Part shown: positions 22,800 to 33,499 of the stretch, piece after piece
Position numbering within the stretch: the stretch's first letter is position 1
Layout of the letters: each line of letters starts with the position of its first letter
From: Chiloscyllium plagiosum
Lineage: Eukaryota
Direction of reading: 5' to 3'
Length of the DNA stretch: 37,965 nucleotides
Assembly: GCF_004010195.1 (NCBI RefSeq)
Contig: NC_057750.1
Location: 10,987,081 to 11,025,045, forward strand
Translations under genes and position numbers: made by a program
The notes under the pieces: generated by a model
Seen by the model: the letters and a program-made list of their open reading frames with translations, nothing else
Told to the model about the DNA's origin: nothing
The model's database searches: none

Positions 22800-23735
22800 A
22801 AGGGAAAAGTGGTGGGCTAGCTTTATTAGTACGGGATATAAAAATGTTAATAGCAAGAGTTAATGTAGGATTGGATGATATAGCATCCATATCGAGTCAT
22901 ACAGTTGAAGCTATGAAATAACAAGGGGAAGAAGATACTGAAGGGAGTAGTTTATAGATCCCCAACAGTAGCTGTTATGTAGGAAAGTGAATAAATCATG
23001 AGATAATGAGGATGTGTAAAACAAAGGCAGTATACTAATCAAGACTGATGTTAAACAAATTGATTTATTATTCAATCAAATCATATTAGCAGAAGTAACC
23101 ATAAGGAAGAATTCAAAGAGTGTATTGGGACAGCCTCCTGGAACACAGTCTTGTGAATCTAACCAGGATCAGGCAAATTTGGATTTGGTAATCTGTAACA
23201 AGGCAGATTTAATAAATTATCTCGGAGTAAGAGATTTGTTACAGAATCTTAACATGGTAGAATTTAACATTGAGAGTGAGAAACCTGGGTCTAAAACAAC
23301 TCTGCTAAACTTAAGTAGGGATAATTACATAGGAATGAGGGTAAAGTTGGCTGGAGTGGACAGGGAAAGTTTAGTAAAGAAGACTGTTCAGAAGCAATGG
23401 CAGTCATTTCAATGTAATTTATTAAACCTGCCTCGTTTCACAATACCAGATCCAAAATACCCTATTCCTGGTTGGATCCACAAAATTGTGTTTCAGGAAG
23501 CTGTCCAAGTGCATCCAATGAACTCTTTCATATGGTTCCCTTGCCACTCTGATTTGACTAAATAATACATCAGTTTGATTAAAATCAGTCTTGATTAGTG
23601 TACTACTTATTTTACAAGCCCTCATTATCTTGTGGTTTATTGACTGACCTATGGAACAGCTAGTGTTTGGGACTGGGTAGGTAGGTGCCTATAAACTACT
23701 CCTGCCAGTGTCGTACACTTGTTATTTATTAACCT
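22800..23735. mobile_element. Two CR1 endonuclease-domain fragments in inverted orientation (22800-23405 plus, 23410-23735 minus)
   Basis: GKSGGLALLVRD, ANLDLVICN and NMVEFNI on plus; a homologous segment on minus. Confidence 0.75.
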
Positions 23736-24284
23736 CAAAGCAGCTAATAAGAGGTGTTGAAAAGGAAGTGCTGTCAATGACCAAGAATGTGAACGACTGG
23801 TGGAAAGATGGAATGAATGTCATAATGGGCTTCTTTGAAAATAAGCCAGAATTGTGATTTTATTTCTCCACTATTCAGTAATGTCTCATCTAGAAACCTA
23901 AATACTAGTTATGATTGAAGAACATTCCTATATTATTAATTGTTTAGTTATTAGTTTTTTTGTCAATGTAATTATTAATTGGTCAGCCATACCACTACAT
24001 GTCTTTCCTAATTGTTTTCAGAATGTATAACTTCAAGCATTCCGTCTTGCATGTGATTATTAATTTGGAAAATTATGAATGACCAGGAAGGGCAGAGTTC
24101 AAAGCTGAAGCATTATCAGAATGTGTGGAAATTTGTAATACTGCGTCACTCTTCTGTTTTTCAGATCTGCTGCTTTGCATCATAAACAGATAATGACCAA
24201 TGATAAAACTGTTCTGGAGCTCTTCCAAAAATAATTACCCAAAACATTTAAGAGAGTTAGAAAATAAACCCTGGGAGTAAACTA

Positions 24285-24660
24285 GCAAGTACTATAAAAA
24301 GGGACAATAAGAATTTTTAAAAATCATAAAAATAGAGAGAGGGGCTAGAGTGATCATAGCGTCATGTGAGAACAAAGCTGGGGAAGAAATACTGGGAAAA
24401 CAGAAAGTGGTAGATGAGTTGAATAAATACGTTATCTCAGTCTTCATGATTGAGGACACAAATAGCGTCACAAAAATACTAAATACTCGAGGGACTAAAG
24501 TGGGGGAAGGGGAGGAAATAAACACAGTAACCGTGACTAGGGAAACTAATAGAGTTAAAGGCCAACAAGTCCCTTGGACCTGACGCATAACATCCGAGGA
24601 TTTTAAAGGAAGCAGCGACAGAGATAGCAGCACTGGTAGTAATCATCCAAGAATCTTTAG
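24285..24660 (+). mobile_element. CR1 ORF2 fragment (host of the Penelope insertion; resumes at 25689-25720)
   Basis: VVDELNKYVISVFMIED, then KSLGPD.IHPRILKEAATEIAALVVIIQESL, continuing as DS after the insertion. Confidence 0.8.
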
Positions 24661-24804
24661 TTAAAAATCACACAACACCAGGTTATAGTCCAACAGGTTT
24701 AATTGGAACCACACTAGCTTTCGGATGAAGGAGGGTCGCTCCTTCATCAGGTGATAGTGGAGGGCTCAATCCTAACACACACACAATTTTTATTATAAAT
24801 TCTA

Positions 24805-24833
24805 TGTGTGGGTAGGAGTGCCTGTGTGTGTAG

Positions 24834-24871
<38 letters not shown>
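24805..24871. repeat. (TG)n microsatellite
   Basis: Direct observation. Confidence 0.95.
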
Positions 24872-24873
<2 letters not shown>

Positions 24874-24954
24874 TGCAATGGTAGTCACCTGTGATGTGAC
24901 ATGAACTCAAGGACCTGGTTGAGGCCCTCCCTATGGGTACCGAACTTAGCTATA

Positions 24955-24968
24955 ACACACACACACAT

Positions 24969-25012
<44 letters not shown>

Positions 25013-25115
25013 CTACACACATACACACAGACACACATATACACAGACGCACACACAGACACACACACTCACATGCACCCCCTCACAGACTTAAGACACT
25101 CTACACATACACATA
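24955..25115. repeat. (CA)n microsatellite, degenerate toward its 3' end
   Basis: Direct observation. Confidence 0.95.
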
Positions 25116-25911
25116 GACTTTCTCACACTCTCAACCCCCAACCCAGACAGACAGACACAGACAGACAGACAAAGACCCACATGCACACATATATTTTGTG
25201 AGGTGAATTTGTACTTGCAGGGTTACATTGTACTTTGCTCAAAAACTGCATGCATTCACGTAGAACTCTGTTATCTCACTTTTTAGATTAGAATCAATCT
25301 AAACATCATGGCATAGACAGAGAACACAGGGGACTAACACCTTCAACATATTGTCTAGCTATCACCATTGTTAACAGCTAACCCGAGAATGCAACTTTTT
25401 TTAAAAAGTGGTTTTGTGATTTACACATGAAAGAAGTGAAACTATCGTGGTATTCTAACAGATGAAAGACTTAACAGACAATCAATTTTTCAATGTATAA
25501 TTTCAGTTACATCACACTACATTTTTGTTATAAATTCTGTGTGTTAGGATTGAGCCCTCCACTATCACCCGATGAAGAAGCAATGCTCTGAAAGCTAGTG
25601 TGGTTCCAATTAAACCTGTTGGACTATAACCTGGTGTTGTGTGATTTTTAACTTTGTACACCCCAGTCCAACACCGACACCTCCAAATCAAGAATCTTTA
25701 GATTCTAGGAAAGAATCGTACAAAAGAAATTGAGCTATTCTGTCCATCCAACTTGTGTCTTTAATCCCATTGTTCTGCTCTTTGTCTAGGGCCCTGAGAA
25801 TTGTATTTTCTTCTAAAAAAAAATTAGTGCTAACCTATATTGAGTCTTGGAAATACGTTTGCCTCTAAAGTCAGTTCTGGCCATCTCTCGTGTGGCAACT
25901 CCTTTTCCTTG

Positions 25912-26050
25912 AGTTCTGAGAAAGGGTCACCGGACCCAAAGCATTAACACTGATTTCTCTTCACAGATGCTGCCTGGTCTGCTGAGCTTTTCCCGCAACA
26001 TCTGTTTTTTATTTTTGATTTACAGCATCCGCAGTTCTTTCGGTTTTAAA
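25912..26050 (+). mobile_element. Penelope-derived short element with a decayed hammerhead motif
   Basis: ctgagaaagggtcaccggacccaaagc...cacagatgctgcctggtctgctgagcttttcc. Confidence 0.65.
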
Positions 26051-26179
26051 TTTTTCCCTCCTCGCAAGATCCGAAAACTCTCTCAGTTTTCGCCGAAGGC
26101 ATTAAGCTTTCTGTTCAGAGGCCTGCTTCCACTGTTCTTGCACCTGTTTTATCCTTCACTACCACTGTGCTTCTTCCAG

Positions 26180-26266
26180 TTGCCTAAGGACGTGGTGCTG
26201 AAGTTCTATCAGAAGATGACACTGCTGAACACAATGGATCGCATTCTATATGAGTCCCAACGACAG
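26180..26266 (+). CDS. BCKDHA: BCKDHA coding exon 3 (87 bp)
   Basis: ttcttccag|TTG...CAG|gtaaac. Translates [29 protein letters not shown]. Confidence 0.97.
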
Positions 26267-26354
26267 GTAAACATTGCAAGACATTGAGACAAATGGGATA
26301 TTCTACCTGCTTTGTCACTGAGTTGCTAATTGTACATATCCTGAGTACAGTAAT

Positions 26355-26510
26355 GTAAGTTGACAGTCTGACAGAGCTGAGGGTGTGCTGGACTGTCTGA
26401 GGTGCCATCTTTCAGATGAGCTGTTAACCTGCCCCCTCAGTTGGGTTAGCCGATCCCTTGGAGAAAAGAGAAGAGCAGGGGGAGTTATGCCTGGTATATT
26501 TAAAATCCTA
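26355..26510 (+). mobile_element. Deu-domain SINE remnant (SacSINE1/AmnSINE1-like)
   Basis: gagggtgtgctggactgtctgaggtgccatctttcagatgag...gatccc...gaagagcagggggagtt resembles the Deu core. Confidence 0.6.
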
Positions 26511-26762
26511 AGGAGCCCTGAGCCGACTTAGTGTTCATCTCATAAGAGTTTGACCAAGTGGTTACTTCAATCTGATATATTCTGAACAAGTTTTACATAA
26601 ACTCTGCAATAAATTCAGACAATGATGCGTATATATCCTGCACTAATTCTGGACGGAAGAGCACGTGACTTGTCTCGCAGCATTTGGAATCTGGTTGCGA
26701 ACGTATCTTCTCTCTCTCAAGTTGGTCAGGTTATTTTTACCATGCTGTTTTTACAATTAATC

Positions 26763-27055
26763 CGGGGTGGCACGGTGGCTCAGTGGTTAGCACTGCTGCC
26801 TCCCAGCGCCAGGGACCCGGGTTCAATCCCAGTCTCTGGCGACTGTCTGTGTGGAGTTTGCACATTCACCCCGTGTCTGCGTGGGTTTCCTCCGGGTTCT
26901 CCGGTTTCCTCCCATGGTCCAAAGATGTGCAGGTCAGGTGAATTGGCCATGCTAAATAGCCCATAGTGTTAGGTGCATTAGTCAGAAGGAAATGGGTTGG
27001 TGTGGACTTGTTGAGCCAAAGGGCCTGTTTCCACACTGTAGGGAATCTAATCATT
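26763..27055 (+). mobile_element. tRNA-derived V-SINE (HE1-like), internally deleted
   Basis: A box TGGCTCAGTGG, B box GGTTCAATCC, core gtgggtttcctccgg, CR1-like tail ending gggaatctaatc. Confidence 0.9.
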
Positions 27056-27439
27056 AACCATTCCAAACACCAAATCGAATTCAACCTGTGGGTTATCCTG
27101 CCCGAGGAAACCGTCCTGGACCAATCAGATATAAATACAGGTGAACGTATCAACCTCAGGTCATTTTTCTTTTGCATTCAGCACTGTTTTACTTTGCCTT
27201 GTATCTCAAGGCTACTATATCTGGATTTGGCTGTTTGAAAGCTTCAGCACTCTTGCATTTTATATACGCACACAGTCTTCGAAATGTCATCATCTTTTAG
27301 TTGTTGCAAAAAGGTTGCCAAATTTGTTCTTCCCCATAATCCTATTCTGGTATCAATTTTTATTAAGCCTCATTTCTACTTTTTTTTTAATACCTCACTG
27401 TACGATGAAGAAGCAATGAATAAAGTTGTGTTACTGATC

Positions 27440-27655
27440 TTGTACCCTGGATACATATCCCTCCACCAAAGACTATAAACAGATTCCTCGGTCGTTATAA
27501 CATTGTTGTTTGTGGGAGCTGGATGTTTGCAATTTTGCAGCCCTGAATCTGACATTGAAACAGTGACTACACTTTGTACAGTACATTTTAGGCTGTCAAG
27601 CACTTTGTAGCTTCATGAAGCGAATGAAAAGTTTTTTGTATAAGTTAATCTATCC
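27440..27655 (+). mobile_element. Deu-SINE 3' remnant
   Basis: atccctccaccaa...acattgttgtttgtgggagct...ggctgtcaagcacttt, parallel to 33255-33365. Confidence 0.45.
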
Positions 27656-27718
27656 TGCCACTGTGGTGGTGTAGTTCACTGGCCTGTACCATAGTTAGAC
27701 ACCCTGCTTATTTTACAG

Positions 27719-27827
27719 GGCCGCATATCCTTTTATATGACTAACTATGGTGAAGAGGGCACACACATTGGCAGTGCTGCTGCGCTGGAACCCACTGACA
27801 TGGTGTTTGGGCAGTACAGGGAAGCAG
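27719..27827 (+). CDS. BCKDHA: BCKDHA coding exon 4 (109 bp)
   Basis: ttttacag|GGC...GCAG|gtaagt. Translates [36 protein letters not shown](G). Not in the ORF track because it is too short. Confidence 0.97.
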
Positions 27828-27974
27828 GTAAGTGAAACATGAAGCTTGTAATCAGGGTACTACAGTCTGCTGACAAAATGTACGCCTGCACTGGGGCTTC
27901 ACACTATGAGACCCCAATTTCTATTGGTTCCACAGGCAGAAATATTACTCAAGTTCACCGAGCAGCTAAACCCT

Positions 27975-28785
27975 TTTATAAACCATTGGGTAGGCCTGAA
28001 CTGGAGCACTCTATCACATTCTTAAGGTACCACACTCTATTCAGGATGGCAAAACCTTGGAGAGGATGCTGAATGGATTTACTCAATTACTTCCTTTATA
28101 TTTGAGAAGCTGGGGTTGTTCATCTTGAACAGTGATGGGGTGGCACGGTGGCTCAGTGGTTAGCACTGCTGCCTCACAGCACCAGGGTCCCAGGTTCAAT
28201 TCCAGCCTCGGGCAACTGTCTGTGTGGAGTTTGCACATTCTCCCTGTGTCTGCGTGGGTTTCCTCCAGGTGCTCCGGTTTCGTCCCACAGTCACAAAGAT
28301 GTGCAGGTCAGATGAATTGGCCATGCTAAATTGCCCATAGTGTTAGCTGCATTAGTCAGGGGTAAATGTAGGGGAATGGGTCTGGGTGGGTTCCTCTTCG
28401 AAGGGTCAATGTGGACTTGTTTGGCTGAAGGACCTGTTTCCACATTGTAGGGAATCTAATCTAATAGGAGCTTTATTGGGAGGCATTCTAAATTTTGAAG
28501 GGTTTCATTGAATTATTCCCCAGAAAATGTTTATCCTGGAATGTGAATTATTAAGCAGAGGACACTGGTTAACATAATGACAAAACTTGAGTTGTGCGTA
28601 ATGAGTTGAAATGATGTGGAAAACACTGGCTGAAAGAGAAGCTGGTTCAGTTGTGACCTGCAAATGAAACTGGAAAAATTGATAGCAGTGTAGAGCAGGA
28701 AGAAGGACAAACTTGGTAACTCCATCAGAGAATGGGCGTGATGGGCTGAATGGCTCCTCCTATGTTATAAAATTCTATAGTTAGC
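27975..28785 (+). mobile_element. Old CR1 3' fragment hosting a SINE
   Basis: YKPLGRPELEHSITF..., and 3' UTR gatgggctgaatggctcctcctatg...ttctat. Confidence 0.65.
28137..28465 (+). mobile_element. tRNA-derived V-SINE (HE1-like), full length
   Basis: ggggtggcacggtggctcagtggttagc (A box), ggttcaattcc (B box), tail (ctaat)n. Confidence 0.92.
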
Positions 28786-31432
28786 TTCCCCAGGAGAGGT
28801 TCAGTGAGCAGTGCTTGTTGGAGGGAAACTTCCCAGGCCTTCCTTTCTGCAATGCCATGGCATAAAGATGATCCGACAGTCCTGTCTCTTCAGATTGGGC
28901 AGCATTGATATAGTTGTAATGTCACTGGCCCAGTAAAACAGAGGCCAAAGTTAATGGTCTGGGGCAAGGTTTGAAATCCCACCACAGCAGATGGTGAAAT
29001 TTGAATTAAAGTAATGAGCCTGATGGTCTATTGGTAACTGCAGAACTATTATCGATTGTTGTAAAACCTCACCTAATATCCTTTAGGCAAAGAGATCTGT
29101 CATCCTCACTTGGTCTGGCCTACATATGACTCCAGACCCTCATAGCAATCTCGTTGAGTCTTAACTGCCCTCTGAAATGGCCGAGCCATATGAAGTCTAA
29201 GAGAAGGAATGAAACTGGATAGACCACTGCACATCAATCTAGACACCAGACATGACAGCGGCAAACCGAACTCTGTGGACCCTGAAAAGTCCTCCTAACT
29301 AATCTCTAAGGACTTTTGTCGAATTTGAGAAAACATACCACAGATTAGACAATCAACAGTCTGACATAGTTATACTCTCAGAATCATACATTACACATGA
29401 TGTCGCACCATCGTGGAGTATGTAATGCCCCACTATCAGGACAGACCTGTCAGAGATGGCAGCACAGTAGCATAGAGTCAGGAAGTTTCCCTGGACAACG
29501 CCTTCTGCATTGACCTCATGAAATCTCATGGCATCAGGTGAATTGTGGGCAAGGAAGTTTTCTGCTAGTTACCACTTACCTTTCCCTGGCCTCAGCTGAT
29601 GAATCATTATACTTTGATGTTGAATACCAATTAGAAAAAAAAATTAAGGGTGGCAAAGGCACATAATGTTTTCTGTTTGGGGACTTCAATACCCACCACC
29701 ATGAGTTGGCGAGGTAGCACCACTATTTACCAAACTGATTCCCAAAGACCATAGCTGCAAGATTGGGTCTGCAGCAGGGAATGAGGGAATCAACAAGAAG
29801 GAAAAACATTCTTGCCCTTTTCCTCACCACTACCACTATGCCAAATTGAAAAGACTTCAAACGGATCCAAAAACCCAAAACTGTGGGCCTTCAGCAGTTG
29901 CAGAATTGTATTCAACTACAATCTGTAACCTTGTAGTTTGACATTTCCCCCACTCTAGAATTGCCACCAAGCCAGGGATCAATCTTGGTTCAGTGAAGTG
30001 TGCAGGAGGGCTTGTCAGAGCACCACCAGGCACACCAAAAAGTGAGGTGTCAATTGGGTGAAGCCAAATCGCAGAATCACTTGCGTGTCTAACAATGGAA
30101 ATGGTATGGTATAGATGGGGCTAAGTGATCTCTCAGTCAACGGATTGGATATAAGCTCTGCAAAAAGAGGCTCCACAATATTCCTATCCTCAGTGATGTG
30201 GGAGCCCAGCACAGCCATGCAAAAGGCAAAACTGAGGCATTTGTGTCCATCTCCAGTCAGAATTGCCAAGTGGATGATCCATCTCAGCCTCCTTCTAGGG
30301 TTCCAAGCATCACAGATGCCATTCTTTAACCAGTACTGTTCACACCACATGGTATTAAAAAGTGCTTGAAGGTACTGGATACTGCAAAGGCAATGTGGGT
30401 TGACAACATTCTAGTAATAATATTGAAGACTTAATAACTTGCCATGCCCCTAGCCAAGCTGTTCCAGTACAGCTACCATATTGGCATCAAACCAACAATG
30501 TGGAAAATTGCTTTAGTATGTCTTGTTCCCAAAAACCAAACCAAATACAATGCAGCTGATTATTGCCCCATCAGTCTACTCTCTATTATCAATAGAATGA
30601 TGGAACAGGTCACTGCCAGTAGCGCTTGATTAGAAATATGCTCCTCACTGACGCTCAGTTTGACTTCCACTGGGGCTACTTGGTTCCTGATCTCATTATG
30701 GTCTTGATCTAAATAGGTACAAAAGAGCTGAATTCCCAAGGTAAGGTGTACTGCCAGAGTGACTGTCCTGGACATCAAGGCAATATTTGATCAAATGTGG
30801 CATCAAGGAGCCCTAGCAAACTGAAGTCAATGGGAATCCATAGGGAGGAAGCTCTAATTTGATTGGAGTCATATCTAGCACAAAGGAAAATGATTGTGGT
30901 TATTGGAGGTCACTCATCTCAGTGCCAGGAGGTCTCTAGAGTTCCTCAGTGTAATGTCCTAGGCCCAACCATCTTCAACTGCTTCATCAATTACCTCCCT
31001 CTAACATAAGTTCAAAATTAGGATGTTCACTGATGACTGCACAGCGTTCAGTACCATTTGCCATTTCTCGGACGCAGCCTGTATTCAAGTGCAGCAAGAC
31101 TCTGACAACATCCAGGCTTGGTTTAATAAGTAGCAAATAACATTTACACCACTCAAGACCCATGCAACAACAATCTCAAACAAGACAACAGAATTTAACC
31201 ATCTTCCCTGGACATTCAATCACATCATTGTGACTAAATCCCTCACTATTAACAGCCTGGAGTTACCATTCACAAGAAATTACTAGACCAACCATAAACA
31301 TACCACAACTTCAAGAGCAGATCAGAAGCTGGGAATTCTATATCCCTCCTGTCTCCCCAGTGCCTGTCTAACATCTACAAAGCACCAGACAGGAGTGTGA
31401 TAGGATACACCTCAATTACCTGGATGAGTGCA

Positions 31433-31846
31433 TTTCTTTCCCACCCCTAATTTATCTTGAGAAGGAAGTGATGAGCCGCCTTCTTGAACTCAGAGGTTTA
31501 TAAAATCATGAGGGTCGTGGATAGGATAAATAGACAGGGTATTTTCCCTGGGGTGGGGGAGTCCAGAACTAGAGGGCATAGGTTTAGGGTGAGAGGGGAA
31601 AGATATAAAAGGTACCTAAAGGTAACCTTTTTCCACAGAGGGTGGTGCGTGTATGGAATGAGCTGCCAGAGGTAGCTGGTACAATCACAGCATTTAAAAG
31701 GCACCTGGATGGGTACATGAATAGTAAGGGTTTAGAGGGATATGGGCCAAGTGCTGATAAATGGGACTGGATGAGGTTAGGATATCTGGTCGGCATGGAC
31801 GAGTTGGACCAAAGGGTCTGTTTCCGTGCTGTACATCTCTGACTCT
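31433..31846 (+). mobile_element. CR1 3' fragment (about 31492-31846) with an inverted foreign 5' segment
   Basis: EVYKIMR...GESRTRGHRFRVRG...WNELPE, tail ctctgactct, flanking GAGTGCA and GAGTACA. Confidence 0.85.
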
Positions 31847-32017
31847 GAGTACAACTCCAATAATATTCATGAAGCTTGACACCATCCAGAACAAAGCAGT
31901 CCATTTTATTGGCAGCCCATTCACTAACCTTTTACTCCCTCTTCCACTGTGTACAGTGACTGAAATGTGTACCATTGACAGGGTGTACTGTGGCAACTCG
32001 TCCAGGCACCTTTGGTG

Positions 32018-32427
32018 TGTATCGTCTGCTTCCTTTTGTCCCTCGAGATCTGTGATCCTGGCTGCCACACCAGAATCCTCGATGGGAGTCAGGAAAGCCT
32101 CCTGTGTAACGGTCCCCTTGTCTGAGGTGGATCGTATTGTGTCTATGTAACTGCAGATATTGTATTTAACACTGCGCGTAGTTACAACCGCGGCAGCGTT
32201 GTTTATCCGGGACGCTTCCCAACCGGACTGATCTACCAAAGGCAGATTAAAAGCACTCATATCTTTAACAATCGTTTTTACCATAAGGCAAAAACACTCG
32301 AATTTTAGCAGTCGTTTGGCCCTTCGGTCAAAGTTGACCAAGGTTACCGGCGAGGCCAGCGAGGAGGCACGACAAAACTGTGAAAATCAAAATTCGCAAA
32401 ATCAATCACAGCTGCAACTATACGAGG
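32018..32427 (-). other. Unclassified CpG-rich 410-bp insertion with 5-bp TSD
   Basis: TGGTG at 32013-32017 and 32428-32432. The host LINE continues on both sides. The minus frame is open for about 120 codons. Confidence 0.7.
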
Positions 32428-33074
32428 TGGTGACTTTCCTATCCCACAACCTAGACCACTGACAAGGCCAGCAGGTGTCTGGTAAGACAACTACCTAAAA
32501 ATTCCCTTCCCAAACACAAACCATCCTGGCTTGAAACTAGGCCGCCATTCCCTCACTGTCACTGGTCAAAATCCTGGAACTGTCTTCTGAAACATTCTGT
32601 GGCTGTAGCTGTATCTCAAGGATTCAGCAGTTCAAAAAGACAGCTCACCACCACTTTCTTCAGGACAATTACCAATTTGCAATAAATTCTGGTTTAGCCA
32701 GTCCACATCCTATGAGTGAGTACAAAATAGTGATAAGGTGTGGAATGTACTGCCTAAGGCTAGCAGTAACAGATTCAGTTGAAGCTTTCAAAGGGTCTAT
32801 AGACTATTATACAGAGCAATATGCGGGGTTACATGGAGAATGCAGGAGAGTGGCATTAGATGAGATGTTTATTCGGAGGGCCAGTGCAGACATGATAGGC
32901 TGAAAAGCCTCCTGTACTACAATGTACACAATATTTATTAATTCCTATTGACCCTCCTCTATTCCAAATGCTCAGAAACTATGCAGTGTTCACTGTTTAG
33001 TTTTAAGGATTCCATATCTGAATTGTCAGTCTTATTTATTGGCTATGATTTAGAATAATTGGAATTCTCTGTGG

Positions 33075-33410
33075 GACTGGTGCACATAATCTGAGCTGAT
33101 GCTTTGAGCAGTATTTAGTGGGTGCTGCACGGACAGAGTCTTCTCCTTCAGGTGAGATAGTTCACTCAGGCCTTTCCTACTTGTTTCAGAGGTTCTGATG
33201 AGTGGGAAAGATCCCACAGTGCAATCTGAGGAAGAGCAGGGAGCTCTCCCAGTATCCCTACCAACACCCCTCTCCTTAGTTAATGCCACTCACTGCTGTT
33301 GTTCACCTTGTAGCTCATTTTGAGCACTGTTGTGGGACCTTGCTGTGCGTGTCTTGGCTATCTCCTAACAACAGCAACTAGGCCTCTGATTTATTCATTA
33401 GTCACCAGCT
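33075..33410 (+). mobile_element. Deu-domain SINE remnant
   Basis: gggtgctgcac...ttcaggtgagat...aaagatcccacagtgcaatctgaggaagagcagggagctctccc...tgtgggaccttgctgtgcg. Confidence 0.6.
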
Positions 33411-33499
33411 GCTCTCTGTGGAACCCTGGAGAGATGGTGAAGTGCTGCCTAACTGCTGTTTCTCACTGTCTAACCTGCTTATACTTGGTTCTTTCCTAG

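Larger units (their letters stand above)
24661..25688. mobile_element. Palindromic Penelope-like insertion with inverted terminal repeats and 13-bp TSD
   Basis: TSD CAAGAATCTTTAG at 24648-24660 and 25689-25701. About 24661-24800 is the reverse complement of about 25520-25651. The minus strand of 24875-24953 encodes [22 protein letters not shown], resembling a GIY-YIG C-terminus. Confidence 0.88.
28889..32720 (+). mobile_element. Decayed single-ORF LINE (CR1/L2 group) with a tRNA-like 5' head
   Basis: Head with ggtttgaaatcccacca. EN motifs QQSDIVILSES and GDFNTHH. RT motifs PLAKLFQYSY..MWKIA..YCPISLLSII, VPQCNVLGPTIFNCFIN and MFTDDCT. Tail near 32700. Two younger insertions inside it. Confidence 0.8.

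Noticed and set aside
24683..25116. His/Thr-rich ORFs
   Set aside because: Translation of CA/TG microsatellites.
26763..26835. tRNA gene
   Set aside because: The A and B boxes belong to a SINE head that continues into SINE core and tail; the same applies at 28137.
31694..32017. C-terminal half of the 215-aa minus ORF as part of a real gene
   Set aside because: It runs antisense through unrelated LINE and CR1 sequence; only the part inside the 32018-32427 insert is of interest.
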